A stretch of 52,028 bases of DNA from Thermoleophilia bacterium (GTDB lineage Bacteria > Actinomycetota > Thermoleophilia > Gaiellales > Gaiellaceae). The stretch spans positions 1 through 52,028 of the forward strand of contig JAICLU010000001.1 of assembly GCA_025925195.1 (NCBI GenBank), given 5' to 3'. Under the pieces are notes generated by a model. The model was not told where the DNA came from, did not search any database, and saw only the letters and a program-made list of their open reading frames with translations. The position numbers and the translations under genes are program-made. Below, piece by piece: positions 1 to 9,304 of this stretch (its first letter is position 1; each line of letters begins with the position of its first letter).

Positions 1-1
1 C

Positions 2-523
2 GGCAGGCTCAACGTGCGCGCCACCGTCCCCCATTCGAGTCGCGCGACGATCGATACGGCCGCTGCCGACATGAAGCTGCGCGGGCGCTTCGGGAACGTC
101 GCGACGAAGTCGGCCTCGGGCGACCTCGTGATCGACGGAACAGTCGACGGAGATGCGACCGTCAAGACGGTCAGCGGCGACACGAAGCTCCAGGACGTCG
201 GCGGGACGCTGCAGGCGCAGAGCGTCTCCGGCGACCTGAGCGTGCGGCGCGTCGGCGGCTCGCTCCAGGCGAAATCCGTGTCCGGCGACATGCGCGTCGA
301 GTCGTTGCGGGAGGGCGAGGCGACCCTGCAGAGCCTCTCCGGCGACATCCACCTCGGCGTCGCCGCCGGCACGAACGTCGACGTCGACGCGAATTCCCTC
401 TCCGGCGACCTCAGCTCCGACGTACCGCTCGGCAGTGACCCTTCGGGCGTCCACGGTGAAGGCCCGACGCTCGTCGTCCGCGGCAACACCGTGTCGGGCG
501 ACTTCAGGCTCGTCCGGGCATGA
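2..523 (+). CDS. DUF4097-like beta-strand repeat protein, 5' end cut by the window edge
   Basis: The frame is open from base 2. It carries reiterated 'S(V/L)SGD(L/I/M)' repeats about 19 aa apart, typical of the DUF4097 putative-adhesin fold. The stop (521-523) forms an ATGA overlap with the next gene. Confidence 0.6.
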   Translation, partial: GRLNVRATVPHSSRATIDTAAADMKLRGRFGNVATKSASGDLVIDGTVDGDATVKTVSGDTKLQDVGGTLQAQSVSGDLSVRRVGGSLQAKSVSGDMRVESLREGEATLQSLSGDIHLGVAAGTNVDVDANSLSGDLSSDVPLGSDPSGVHGEGPTLVVRGNTVSGDFRLVRA

Positions 524-1728
524 AGTCGCTCCTGCGGCGCAGCGACGTCCGGCTCCTGCTCGCCGGACAGACCCTGTCGATGTTCGGCGACTGGATGATG
601 ATCATCGTCCTCGGCATCTGGACGAAGGTCCTCACCGGCTCGAACGGCGCCGCAGGGCTCGTCTTCTTCGCGTTCGCCCTCACCGGGCTCGTCTCGCCGC
701 TCGGCGGCCTCGTCGTCGACCGCCTGCCGAAGCGGCGGTTGATGGTCGTGACGCACCTCGCGCTCGCCGGGATCATGTGCCTGCTCCTGCTCGTCCACGA
801 TCGGAGCGACGTCTGGCTGATCTACGTGGTGACGCTCCTGTACGGCCTCGGCGGCGACTTCTTCGCGTCGGCCCGCGGTGCGATGTTGAAGGCGATGCTT
901 CCGGACGAGCTACTCGGCGAGGCAAACGGCGCGCTGCAGTCGCTTCGCGAGGGGATGCGTCTCGTTGCCCCGCTCGCCGGCGCCGCGATCTTCGCGGTCT
1001 CGGGCGGCGCCACCGTCGCGCTCGTCGACGCGGCGACGTTCGTCCTCTCGGCGGCCGCGCTGCTCGCGCTGCGCTTCGCAGAGCCGCTCGCAGCGGTCAA
1101 AGAGCAGCACTTCCTGCGCGAGGTGACGGCCGGCGTCGTGCACATCTGGCGGGATCCCATCCTCCGACCGTTGACGGTCGGCGTGTGCGGCACGATGCTC
1201 GTGATCGGCTTCAGCGAGACGCTGCTCTTCGCGATCACGGCTGCACTCGGCCGCCCGGCGTCGTTCATCGCGGTCTTCGGGACGATGCAGGGCATCGGCT
1301 CGATCGTCGGCGGCGTGACCGCCGCACGCCTGATGCGGCGCATCGGCGAGCTACGCGTCGCGGCCGTCGGGATCGCGGTCTTCGCCGTCGGTGACGGGCT
1401 GTGGCTCATCCCGTCGCTGCCCGTCGTGTTCGTCGCGATGGCGGTCGCGGGGCTCGGGATCGTCTGGGCGGTCGTCGCGATCGGAACCGCATACCAGCGC
1501 CGCAGCGCGCAGACGATGCAGGGACGGGTGTCCGCCGCTGCGAACATGCTGTTCAGCGTGCCGCAGACCCTTTCGATCGCCGCCGGCGCAGCACTCATCT
1601 CGATCGTCGACTACCGGGTCGAGATCGTCACGATGCTCGTCGGCACGGCGCTCTGCGCCGCCTACCTGTTGACGCGGCGGATCGAGGAGCCCGCAGTCGA
1701 CGAGCAGGATGTCGCGCTCGCCGCGTGA
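520..1728 (+). CDS. MFS transporter (MFS_3/EntS-like family)
   Basis: 402-aa ORF, hydrophobic throughout with about 12 predicted helices. N-terminus reads 'RRSDVRLLLAGQTLSMFGDW' and the loop 'VVDRLPKRR' fits MFS motif A. High GC3. Confidence 0.85.
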   Translation: MKSLLRRSDVRLLLAGQTLSMFGDWMMIIVLGIWTKVLTGSNGAAGLVFFAFALTGLVSPLGGLVVDRLPKRRLMVVTHLALAGIMCLLLLVHDRSDVWLIYVVTLLYGLGGDFFASARGAMLKAMLPDELLGEANGALQSLREGMRLVAPLAGAAIFAVSGGATVALVDAATFVLSAAALLALRFAEPLAAVKEQHFLREVTAGVVHIWRDPILRPLTVGVCGTMLVIGFSETLLFAITAALGRPASFIAVFGTMQGIGSIVGGVTAARLMRRIGELRVAAVGIAVFAVGDGLWLIPSLPVVFVAMAVAGLGIVWAVVAIGTAYQRRSAQTMQGRVSAAANMLFSVPQTLSIAAGAALISIVDYRVEIVTMLVGTALCAAYLLTRRIEEPAVDEQDVALAA

Positions 1729-2984
1729 TCCCGCTCCGCAGGAACCGCGACTTCGTCCTCCTCCAGCTCGGCCAGGGCCTCTCGACCGTCGGCTCGGCGT
1801 CGACGCAGATCGCGTATCCGCTGCTCGTGCTCGCCACGACGCATTCCGCCGTCCGCGCCGGGCTCGTCGGCTTTGCGAACCTTGCTCCCTACGCCCTCTT
1901 CGGGTTGCTCGCCGGCGTCGCGGCCGATCGCTGGAACCGCAAGCACGTGATGGTGTGGATGGACCTCGTCCGCGTGCTCGGCGCGACGAGCATCGTCGTC
2001 GCGCTCGTGCTCGACGAGCTCACCTTCCCGCAGATCGCGCTCGTCGCGCTGCTCGAGGGAAGCGCGTACGTCTTCTTCAACATCGCGGAGGTCGGAGCGC
2101 TGCGGTCGGTCGTGCCCGCGCGCCAGCTGCCGGCGGCCGCGGCGGCCGAGCAGGCGCGGATGTCCGTCGTCACGCTCGCGGGCCCGCCGCTCGGCGGCGC
2201 GCTCTTCGCAATCGCCCGCTCGCTGCCGTTCATCGCCGACGCGGTCTCGTACGTCTTTTCGGTCGCGTCGCTCCTGCTGATGCGAACGCCGTTTCAGGAG
2301 ACGCGCGAGCGAGACGCCGCGCCGCTCCGTGCGCAGATCCGCGAAGGCGTTACGTGGCTCTGGCGCCACGCCTATCTGCGGACGAGCGCGCTGATCTTCG
2401 CCGGGGACAACTTCGTCTTCCAGGCTCTGTTCCTCGCGTTCGTCGTCCTCGCCCGGCGGAACGGGATCTCCGGCGGTGTGATCGGCGGTCTGATCGCGAC
2501 GATCGGGGCCTGTTCGCTGCTCGGATCGCTCGCGGCGCCGCGGGTGGCGAAGCGTCTCTCGATCCGCACGATCATGTTGCTCAACCAGTGGCTGAACGGC
2601 CTCTTCGTCCTCTATCTCGTGTGGCCGAGCCCGTACGTGCTGATCGGGTGCGCGATTCCCGGCTCGTTCGTCGTCCCGTGGATGAACTCGGTCGTGATCG
2701 GCTACCGGACCGCTGTGACGCCCGACCATCTCGTCGGTCGCGTGTCGAGCGTCGCGCGCAACATCGCGCTGCTCGCGCAACCGCTCGGCCCACTCGCCGC
2801 CGGCCTGCTGCTGGGAGCCTTCGGCGGCCGCGTGGCGGTGCTCGTGCTCGCGTTCCTCGCCGTCGCACTCGCGGTGTGGAGCACACTGAGCCCGTCGATC
2901 CGCGACGCACCCAGCCTGGATGAGCTGGGCCTCGACGAACTCAGCCTCGATGAGCTCGATCCAGCCGACGCCGCTCTGGCGTAA
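1725..2984 (+). CDS. MFS transporter, paralogue 2 of a tandem set
   Basis: GTG at 1725 forms a GTGA overlap with the upstream stop. The protein begins 'IPLRRNRDFVLLQLGQGLSTVGS...' and has the loop 'AADRWNRKH'. The 1401 start listed in the ORF track is an arginine-rich out-of-context extension. The C-terminal tail is '[15 protein letters not shown]'. Confidence 0.8.
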   Translation: MIPLRRNRDFVLLQLGQGLSTVGSASTQIAYPLLVLATTHSAVRAGLVGFANLAPYALFGLLAGVAADRWNRKHVMVWMDLVRVLGATSIVVALVLDELTFPQIALVALLEGSAYVFFNIAEVGALRSVVPARQLPAAAAAEQARMSVVTLAGPPLGGALFAIARSLPFIADAVSYVFSVASLLLMRTPFQETRERDAAPLRAQIREGVTWLWRHAYLRTSALIFAGDNFVFQALFLAFVVLARRNGISGGVIGGLIATIGACSLLGSLAAPRVAKRLSIRTIMLLNQWLNGLFVLYLVWPSPYVLIGCAIPGSFVVPWMNSVVIGYRTAVTPDHLVGRVSSVARNIALLAQPLGPLAAGLLLGAFGGRVAVLVLAFLAVALAVWSTLSPSIRDAPSLDELGLDELSLDELDPADAALA

Positions 2985-4176
2985 CCGCGACTTCATGCTG
3001 CTCCAGAGCGGGCAGCTGCTCTCGACCTTCGGGTCGGGCATCTCGGGGATCGCCTATCCCCTGCTCGCGCTCGCGGTCACGCACTCCGCTGCGAAGACGG
3101 GCTACGTCGGCGCGGTCGAGGTCGCGCCGCTCGTCCTGCTCAGCGTCGCGGCCGGCGTCGCGGCCGACCGCTTCGACCGGCGGCTGCTGATGATCGTCGC
3201 GGACGTCGTCGGCGCAGCCGCCCTCGGCGTGCTCGGCGCCGCCGTCCTCATCCATCACGTCTCGTTCTGGTTGATCCTCGTCGTCGCGTTCGTCGACACA
3301 GGGGCGTCTGTGTTCTATCGCGCCGGCAACAGCGGTGCGCTCAAGGCGATCGTCCCGCCGGTGCAGCTCGCCGACGCGTCGAGCGTGCGGATGGCGCGCA
3401 TGTCGACGGTGCGCCTCACGGCGCCGCCCGTGGGCGGCGCCCTCTTCGGCGTCCTCCGCGGACTGCCGTTCCTCGTCGATGCAATCTCGTACGTGTTCTC
3501 CACCATCGCACTGCTCCTCACGCGCACGCGCTTCCAGGAGGAGCGCGAGCCCGGCGCGCGTGTCCGGGTGCGCGAGGGGATGGCCTATTTCTGGCAGATG
3601 CCGTTCCTGCGCGTGACGGTCGGGATGATCGCCGCGAGCAACATCGCCGCGGTCGGCGTGCCGGTCGCGCTGATCATCCTTGCGCACCGGCGCGGCTTTT
3701 CGGGAGCGGCGATCGGCGCCTTCATCGCGCTGGAGGGCGTGACGCTGCTCGCGGGCTCGCTGCTCTCGCCGTTCCTCCGGCGTGTTCTCCCGATGCGCGC
3801 GATCCTCCTCTCGGAGTTCTGGACGGCGCTCGTCTACGTCGCGTTCGTCGTCGAGCCGAACGTGTACGTGCTCGTTGCCGCGCTCGCGGTGCACGCCTTC
3901 TGGTTCCCGAACACCGACTCGGCCATGGAGGCGTACTCGTACACGCTGATCCCGGACCGGCTGCTCGGGCGCGCAATGGCGGCGGCGAACACACTGCGGG
4001 CCGCGAGCGCGCCGATCGGCCCGCTGGTCGCCGGGCTACTGCTCGCGCACACCTCGCCGCGAGTGGCCGTCGTCGCCCTCGCCGCACCCGTGGTCGTTGC
4101 GGCGGCGCTCGGGACGCTCAGCCCGGCACTGCGCGATCTCCCTACCCTCGGAGCTTCTCCCGCAGCAGCCGGTTGA
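2950..4176 (+). CDS. MFS transporter, paralogue 3 of a tandem set
   Basis: '[39 protein letters not shown]' closely parallels the N-terminus of the previous gene. ATG 2950 is preferred, with ATG 2920 as an alternative. It overlaps the 3' end of the upstream paralogue. Confidence 0.8.
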   Translation: MSSIQPTPLWRNRDFMLLQSGQLLSTFGSGISGIAYPLLALAVTHSAAKTGYVGAVEVAPLVLLSVAAGVAADRFDRRLLMIVADVVGAAALGVLGAAVLIHHVSFWLILVVAFVDTGASVFYRAGNSGALKAIVPPVQLADASSVRMARMSTVRLTAPPVGGALFGVLRGLPFLVDAISYVFSTIALLLTRTRFQEEREPGARVRVREGMAYFWQMPFLRVTVGMIAASNIAAVGVPVALIILAHRRGFSGAAIGAFIALEGVTLLAGSLLSPFLRRVLPMRAILLSEFWTALVYVAFVVEPNVYVLVAALAVHAFWFPNTDSAMEAYSYTLIPDRLLGRAMAAANTLRAASAPIGPLVAGLLLAHTSPRVAVVALAAPVVVAAALGTLSPALRDLPTLGASPAAAG

Positions 4177-5530
4177 CCACCTTCGGGTCGGCTTTCCCCT
4201 GCGTCTCGCGCATGACCGCGCCGACGAAGAACCCGAGCACGCCCTCCTTGCCGCCGCGGTAGGTCGCGACCTGGCCCGGGTTCGCGGCGAGGATCGCGTC
4301 GATGACGGGGCCGAGCTCCGACTCGTCGCCGAGCGCGGTCTGCGCGAGATACGGGTCGGCCTCGATCGGGCCGCTCGCCGCAGCTGCGAACGCCTCGTCC
4401 AGCGCCTCGCGTGTGACGTTCGCCTGGACGATCCGCGCGAGCGCCTCGGCGTTCTCGGGCAGGAAGTCGCCGCGGTTCATCGCGAGCGCCGCCGCCGCCT
4501 TCCACTCGACGCCGTGAGCCGCGAACGCCTCTGCTTTCGCGTCGTTGCCGGTCGAGACGAGCTGGGACGCGCTCTCCACTCCCAGGTGCTCGGCGAGGCG
4601 TTCGATACGCGCTCCGGGCAGCTCCGGCAGCCCGGACCGCAGCCGCTCGACGAGGTCGGCGGGCGGCGCGACCGGCACCAGGTCGGGCTCCGGGAAGTAG
4701 CGGTAGTCGTCGGCTTCCTCCTTCGAGCGGTGCACGGTCAGGCGGTCGGTGTCGGGGTCGTAGTCGTACGTCGACTGCTCGAGCGTCTCGCCGCGGTCGT
4801 ACGCGGCGATCTGCTCGCGGACGGCGGCCTCGATCCCGCGGCGGATGAACGTGAACGAGTTCATGTTCTTCAGCTCCCAGCGGGGACGGAAGCCGGTCTC
4901 GCCGCGCGGGCGCACAGAGACGTTGACGTCGGCGCGCAGCGTCCCCTTTTCCATCTCCGCGTCGGAGATCCCGAGCTCGACGATCGTCTGGCGCAGGAGG
5001 CGCAGGAAGCGGTCGGCGTCGTCGGCGGAGTGCAGGTCGGGCTCGCTGACGATCTCGAGCAGCGGCGTGCCGCCGCGGTTGAAGTCGACGAGCGAATAGT
5101 CGGCGCCGACGCTGCGGCCGGTCGCGCCGCCCGCGTGCACGGTCTTGGCCGCGTCCTCCTCGAGGTGCGCACGGGTGATGCCGACGCGCACTCCCCCCGG
5201 CACGTCGAGCGCGCCCGGGCCACAGAGCGGTGCCTCGTACTGGCTGATCTGGTAGCCCTTCGGCAGGTCGGGGTAGAAGTAGTTCTTGCGCGCGAAGATC
5301 GCGCGCTCCGAGATCTCGCAGCCGAGCGCGAGCCCGAGCTCGATCGTGTACTGGATCGCCTTGCGGTTCGGCACCGGCAGCGCGCCGGGGTGCGCGAGGC
5401 AGACCGGGCACGTCCGCGTGTTCTCGCCGGCGCCGTAGGCGAGCTCGCAGCGGCAGAACATCTTCGTGCGCGTCTTCAGGTGCGCGTGGACTTCCAGCCC
5501 GATGACCGGCTCCCACTCAGTGGAGGACAT
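4142..5530 (-). CDS. gatB: Asp-tRNA(Asn)/Glu-tRNA(Gln) amidotransferase subunit B
   Basis: '[23 protein letters not shown]...[13 protein letters not shown]' is the GatB N-terminal signature. A C-terminal GatB/YqeY-like tail is present. Confidence 0.95.
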   Translation of the reverse strand: MSSTEWEPVIGLEVHAHLKTRTKMFCRCELAYGAGENTRTCPVCLAHPGALPVPNRKAIQYTIELGLALGCEISERAIFARKNYFYPDLPKGYQISQYEAPLCGPGALDVPGGVRVGITRAHLEEDAAKTVHAGGATGRSVGADYSLVDFNRGGTPLLEIVSEPDLHSADDADRFLRLLRQTIVELGISDAEMEKGTLRADVNVSVRPRGETGFRPRWELKNMNSFTFIRRGIEAAVREQIAAYDRGETLEQSTYDYDPDTDRLTVHRSKEEADDYRYFPEPDLVPVAPPADLVERLRSGLPELPGARIERLAEHLGVESASQLVSTGNDAKAEAFAAHGVEWKAAAALAMNRGDFLPENAEALARIVQANVTREALDEAFAAAASGPIEADPYLAQTALGDESELGPVIDAILAANPGQVATYRGGKEGVLGFFVGAVMRETQGKADPKVVNRLLREKLRG

Positions 5531-5773
5531 CGCCGAGCCTGTCCTTCGCTTCGAGCAGGGCGCTCTCGATGTCGTCGTGCACCTCGACCATCCCGAGCCG
5601 TTGCTCGAGCACGCCGCGCGTCTCGATCAGCCAGAGCTCGCGCTCGCCCGCCTCGAGCTGCAGCTTCACGTCGCCGACGAGCACCGCCCGTGCGCCGTCG
5701 AGCACCCGCGGCTCGGCGCCGAAGACGCGCTCGACCGCGGGCACGAAGTCGGCCGCCGGATCCTCGAACCGCA
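5517..5773 (-). CDS. Small acidic hypothetical protein (85 aa) inserted between gatA and gatB
   Basis: ATG lies 3 nt after the gatA stop and the stop lies 14 nt inside gatB. Nearly every codon ends in G/C, like the flanking genes. No family recognised. The 142-aa version in the ORF track is an Arg-rich extension overlapping gatA. Confidence 0.6.
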
Positions 5774-5776
5774 TGG

Positions 5777-7189
5777 TCACCTGTACCGCTCCGGGACGGG
5801 ATCGAAGCCGATCGCGGTCTCGAGCGCATAGCCGACCTCGAACAGCCGGTTCTCGGAGAACTGCGGCCCGATCAGCTGCAGCCCGACCGGCAAGCCGTCG
5901 GACAGACCGCAGGGGACGTTGAGTCCGGGCAGCCCTGCCATGCACGACGGGATCGTCAGCAGGTCGGAGAGATACATCGCGAGTGGGTCGGCCGTCTTCG
6001 CGCCGAGCTCGAACGCGACGGACGGCGACGTCGGGCTGAGCAAGACGTCGAACCGCTCGAACGCCGCCGCATGCTCGCGCGCCAGCATCGTGCGCACCTT
6101 CTGCGCCTGGCCGTAGTACGCGTCGTAGTAACCGGCCGAAAGGGCGTAGGTGCCGACGAGGATGCGGCGCTTCGGCTCGTCGCCGAGCCCTTCGTCGCGC
6201 GACCGGGTGTACATCTCGAGCCGGTCGCCGGCGTCAGGCGTGCGATAGCCGTAGCGGACGCCGTCGTAGCGTGCGAGGTTCGACGACGCCTCGGCCGGCG
6301 CAATCAGGTAGTAGCAGGGCAGCCCGTAGTCGAGCGACAGCGGCAGCGAGCACTCCCCCACCTCTGCCCCGAGCTCGCTGCACAGCTCGATCGCACGCTG
6401 CACCGCGGCGCGCACGCCGGGCTCGATCGCCTCGTGTTCGTTGAACTCCGTCGGAATGCCGACGCGGACCCCGGCCAGGGAGTCCCGATCCGGCAGCTGC
6501 ACCGGGCTCGGCAGCTCGACCGTCGTCGAGTCGCACGGGTCGCGGCCGGCGAGCACGGAGTAGAGGAACGCGCAGTCGCGAACGTTCTTCGCGACCGGGC
6601 CGACCTGGTCGAGCGACGAGGCGAAGGCGACGACGCCGTACCTCGAGACGGTCCCGTACGTCGGGCGCAGCCCGACGTTGCCGCACAGCGCACTCGGCTG
6701 CTTGATCGAGCCACCGGTGTCGGAGCCGAGCGCCCACGGCGCGAGACCCGCGCTGACCGCGGCGGCCGAGCCGCCGCCCGACCCGCCCGGCACGCGGGTC
6801 GGGTCCCACGGGTTGCGCGTCGGACCGTAGGCGGAGTTCTCGGTCGACGAGCCCATCGCGAACTCGTCGGTGTTCGTCTTGCCGAGCACGCGCAGCCCGT
6901 GTCCTGCCTTCGCACGCGTGACGACCGTCGCGTCGTAGACCGGCACGTAGTGCTCCAGCATCTTCGAGCCCGCCGTGGTCGGGATGCCGCGGGTGCCGAT
7001 CACGTCCTTGACCGCGAGCGGGACGCCGTCGCCGCCCGGGTCGTCGCAGACATGCAGGAAGCAGTGCAGCTCGGGGTCGCGCTCGTCGATCGCGCGCCGG
7101 TACGCCTCCCACAGCTCCACGCCGGTGATCTCCCTGTCGCGGATCAGGTGCGCAGCCTGCTCGGCCGTCAGCCGCAGGGTGTCGATCAC
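5777..7189 (-). CDS. gatA: Glu-tRNA(Gln)/Asp-tRNA(Asn) amidotransferase subunit A (amidase signature family)
   Basis: Amidase signature 'GGSSGGSAAAV' is present as 'GGSGGGSAAAVSAG', plus 'KDVIGTRGIPTTAGSKML'. 470 aa. Overlaps the gatC stop. Confidence 0.95.
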   Translation of the reverse strand: MIDTLRLTAEQAAHLIRDREITGVELWEAYRRAIDERDPELHCFLHVCDDPGGDGVPLAVKDVIGTRGIPTTAGSKMLEHYVPVYDATVVTRAKAGHGLRVLGKTNTDEFAMGSSTENSAYGPTRNPWDPTRVPGGSGGGSAAAVSAGLAPWALGSDTGGSIKQPSALCGNVGLRPTYGTVSRYGVVAFASSLDQVGPVAKNVRDCAFLYSVLAGRDPCDSTTVELPSPVQLPDRDSLAGVRVGIPTEFNEHEAIEPGVRAAVQRAIELCSELGAEVGECSLPLSLDYGLPCYYLIAPAEASSNLARYDGVRYGYRTPDAGDRLEMYTRSRDEGLGDEPKRRILVGTYALSAGYYDAYYGQAQKVRTMLAREHAAAFERFDVLLSPTSPSVAFELGAKTADPLAMYLSDLLTIPSCMAGLPGLNVPCGLSDGLPVGLQLIGPQFSENRLFEVGYALETAIGFDPVPERYR

Positions 7190-7479
7190 GACGTGCCTCC
7201 GGGCGGCACCTTGAAGTAGGCGCCGTCGCGCTGGGGCGCGTTCGCGAGCGCCTCCTCGACGGGCAGGGAGGGGCGCGGCTCGTCCTCGGCCCAGACGTTG
7301 ACGACGTCGAGCGGGTGCGAGGTCGGCGGGACGTCCGAGAGGTCGAGCTCTGCCACTTTCGAGACGGCCGCAATGATGTCGTTCAGCTGTGCGCCGAGCC
7401 GTTCGAGCTCGTCGTCACGGAGCTCGAGACGCGCCAGCGCGGCGACGTGGAGCAGCTGGTCGCGGCTGATCTCGGCCAT
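7186..7479 (-). CDS. gatC: Amidotransferase subunit C
   Basis: 97 aa. 'ISRDQLLHVAALARLELRDDELERLGAQLNDII' is the typical GatC motif. 4-nt overlap with gatA. Confidence 0.9.
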   Translation of the reverse strand: MAEISRDQLLHVAALARLELRDDELERLGAQLNDIIAAVSKVAELDLSDVPPTSHPLDVVNVWAEDEPRPSLPVEEALANAPQRDGAYFKVPPGGTS

Positions 7480-7482
7480 GGC

Positions 7483-7527
7483 GGAATCGAAGCAGAAACG
7501 AAAGAGGCCCCAGACGGGGCCCCTTTC
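7483..7527 (-). terminator. Intrinsic-terminator-like hairpin after csp
   Basis: Minus strand reads GAAAGGGGCCCC-GTCT-GGGGCCTCTTTC (12-bp stem with one G-U pair), followed by GTTTCTGCTT. It starts 24 nt after the csp stop, and its base lies 20 nt before the gatC ATG. Confidence 0.55.
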
Positions 7528-7550
7528 ACACGCGTGGGTCCGGCGGTTCT

Positions 7551-7751
7551 CTAGATCGCCTGGACGTTCGCGGCCTGCGCGCCCTTGGGGCCCTGCACGA
7601 CCTCGAACGACACCCGCTGACCTTCGGTCAGCGACTTGTAGCCGTCCATCCCGATCGCCGAGAAGTGCACGAAGACATCGTCGCCACCCTCACGCTCGAT
7701 GAAGCCGAAACCCTTCTCGTTCGAGAACCACTTAACGGTGCCCTCTGCCAA
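7551..7751 (-). CDS. cspA: Cold-shock protein (CspA family)
   Basis: '[30 protein letters not shown]' contains the RNP1/RNP2 motifs. The only in-frame start is TTG at 7751, preceded by a perfect AGGAGG 8 nt upstream. Confidence 0.93.
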   Translation of the reverse strand: MAEGTVKWFSNEKGFGFIEREGGDDVFVHFSAIGMDGYKSLTEGQRVSFEVVQGPKGAQAANVQAI

Positions 7752-7802
7752 CTCGTGTGCCTCCTACAACGCGACTACGACTGGAATCCGGCGGAGCATA
7801 GC

Positions 7803-8666
7803 TCAGGTGGCAGGAGAAACAAGACCCCGCCCCAGCCGCCGCGCACGGGCGGCGGTGACCGAATTCTTGAGGACCATCGCGATCGTCATCGGCCCGACCC
7901 CTCCGGGGACCGGCGTGATGTGGCCGGCCACCTCGGCGGCGCTCGGGTCGACGTCGCCGTAGACCCGCTTGCCCTCGCCGCGGTTCATCCCGACGTCGAC
8001 GACGGTCGCGCCGGCCTTCACCATGTCGGCGCCGATCACATGCGTGCTGCCGACGGCGGCGACGAGCACGTCCGCGTCGAGCGTGTGCCGTTGCAGGTCG
8101 ATGGTGCGGGAATGGCAGATCGACACGGTCGCGTTCGCCTGCAGGAGCAGGTGCGCCATCGGCTTGCCGACGATGGCGGAGCGGCCGACGACGACCGCGC
8201 GGGCGCCGGCGAGCTCGATCTCGTACTCGGCGAGCATGCGCATGACGCCGAGCGGCGTGCCGGGAACGAGCGTCGGCCGACCGAGGTAGAGCCGGCCCGC
8301 GTTGAACGGGTGGATGCCGTCGATGTCCTTGCCGGGCGCGATCGCCTCGATGACCCGGTTCTCGTCGAGGTGGCCGGGCAGGGGCAGCTGGACGAGCAGG
8401 CCGTCGATCGAGTCGTCGTCGTTGAGGCTCTCGATCGTGGCGAGCAGCTCCTCCTCGGTGATGTCACCGGGGAGCTTGAGGTCGCGCGCCTCCATGCCGG
8501 CCGCCTGCGCCGCCTTGTGCTTGAGGTCGATGTAGATGTGCGACGCGGGGTCGTCGCCGACGAGCACCGTCGCGAGGCCGACGCCGCCGAGCTCCTCGAC
8601 GTCCTGCGCGACCTCCTCCCGCACCTTCGCCGCCAGGGCCTTGCCGTCCATGACGATCGCGCTCAC
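7803..8666 (-). CDS. folD: Bifunctional methylenetetrahydrofolate dehydrogenase/methenyl-THF cyclohydrolase
   Basis: 'DGLLVQLPLP', 'DGIHPFNAGRL' and 'VVVGRSAIVGKPMAHLLL' are FolD signatures. The GTG start forms a GTGA overlap with the upstream gene. Confidence 0.95.
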   Translation of the reverse strand: MSAIVMDGKALAAKVREEVAQDVEELGGVGLATVLVGDDPASHIYIDLKHKAAQAAGMEARDLKLPGDITEEELLATIESLNDDDSIDGLLVQLPLPGHLDENRVIEAIAPGKDIDGIHPFNAGRLYLGRPTLVPGTPLGVMRMLAEYEIELAGARAVVVGRSAIVGKPMAHLLLQANATVSICHSRTIDLQRHTLDADVLVAAVGSTHVIGADMVKAGATVVDVGMNRGEGKRVYGDVDPSAAEVAGHITPVPGGVGPMTIAMVLKNSVTAARARRLGRGLVSPAT

Positions 8667-9292
8667 AGGTCGAGCCTACCCGCGACGTAGTGCCAGTGAC
8701 CGCCGCTGCGAAGGTGGTCGATCACGGCGCGCTGGAGCGTCGTTTCTCGAGGCAGCGCGTCGAGGTCAGGCTCGAGCGTGTGGAACACGAACTCGACGAT
8801 GCGCGCGTCGTCGACGCCGCCCTCGCCGGTCGGCTCGAAGCGCTCCTGGAAGCGGAGGATGTTCGACGTGGACGGCAGGTACTCGCGGAGCTGCGGGTCG
8901 AGGAGCCACGAGGTACAGCACGCCTCGGTGTACTCGGGAAAGACCTCGCGCGCACGTGCGAGCGACGCGTCGACGGCCTCCGGCGTCAACGGGCCCGACT
9001 CCGGGATGTGGATCGCCAGGCAGGTCCGGCGCGGCTCGAACTGCAGGCGCCCGAGCTCGAACAGGCGCCCGCTGAAGGCGAGCTCGACCCACCAGTCCTT
9101 GCGGAGTCCCGGCGTCCCGTGCAGCGCCCGGTCGAGCCGGGCGTGCCGCGGGAGGTCCCGCAACGTCGCCGAGGACTCCTCGTCGGTGAGGCCGCGCGCG
9201 GCGTGCAGCGCCTGCGCTTCGGGGATCCGCGCGAGGAACGCCTGCACGACCGGATCGTCGCGGTCCGAGTCGTCATCGAAGTCCAGCTCCAC
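8663..9292 (-). CDS. Acyltransferase-domain protein (NAT_N/GNAT_C-like)
   Basis: 'GRLQFEPRRTCLAIHIPESGPLTPEAVDASLARAREVFPE...CTSWLLDPQLREYLPSTSNILRFQERF' matches my memory of this two-part acyltransferase family. GTG 9292 is the first plausible start; the upstream part of the 445-aa ORF is antisense to the HMGR gene. Confidence 0.6.
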   Translation of the reverse strand: MELDFDDDSDRDDPVVQAFLARIPEAQALHAARGLTDEESSATLRDLPRHARLDRALHGTPGLRKDWWVELAFSGRLFELGRLQFEPRRTCLAIHIPESGPLTPEAVDASLARAREVFPEYTEACCTSWLLDPQLREYLPSTSNILRFQERFEPTGEGGVDDARIVEFVFHTLEPDLDALPRETTLQRAVIDHLRSGGHWHYVAGRLDL

Positions 9293-9304
9293 TACGCTCG
9301 CAGC

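Noticed and set aside
1401-1724. Upstream extension of the second MFS gene (527-aa version in the ORF track), with similar extensions at 8690-9304, 12608-13300, 20607-21611, 21296-22252, 34109-34786, 36613-36801, 38740-38913, 42719-43132 and 45525-45866.
   Set aside because: The extensions are Arg-rich and overlap the preceding real gene in another frame. In every case but one they end at an ATG/GTG that forms an ATGA/GTGA overlap or follows an SD. At 22253 the corresponding codon is CTG and the start remains unresolved (see the separate finding). The recognisable protein family sequence begins only at that internal start.
2915-2960. Short DNA repeats (GATGAGCT... twice) encoding LDEL units, considered as a possible CRISPR or minisatellite.
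   Set aside because: There are only two to three imperfect units inside coding sequence, with no spacer/repeat periodicity and no cas genes. It is treated as a slippage-prone coding repeat instead.
4097-7219. 1040-aa plus-strand ORF, with similar giant ORFs at 17868-20027 (-), 17945-20782 (+), 22250-24220 (-), 31657-33237 (-) and 34232-35566 (-).
   Set aside because: They run antisense or out of frame to genes with unambiguous motifs (gatB/gatA, moxR, VWA, ABC components). They are Arg/Ala/Pro/Gly-rich low-complexity translations typical of stop-poor alternative frames in very GC-rich DNA. Only the 3' part of 17945-20782 (from 19859) is real.
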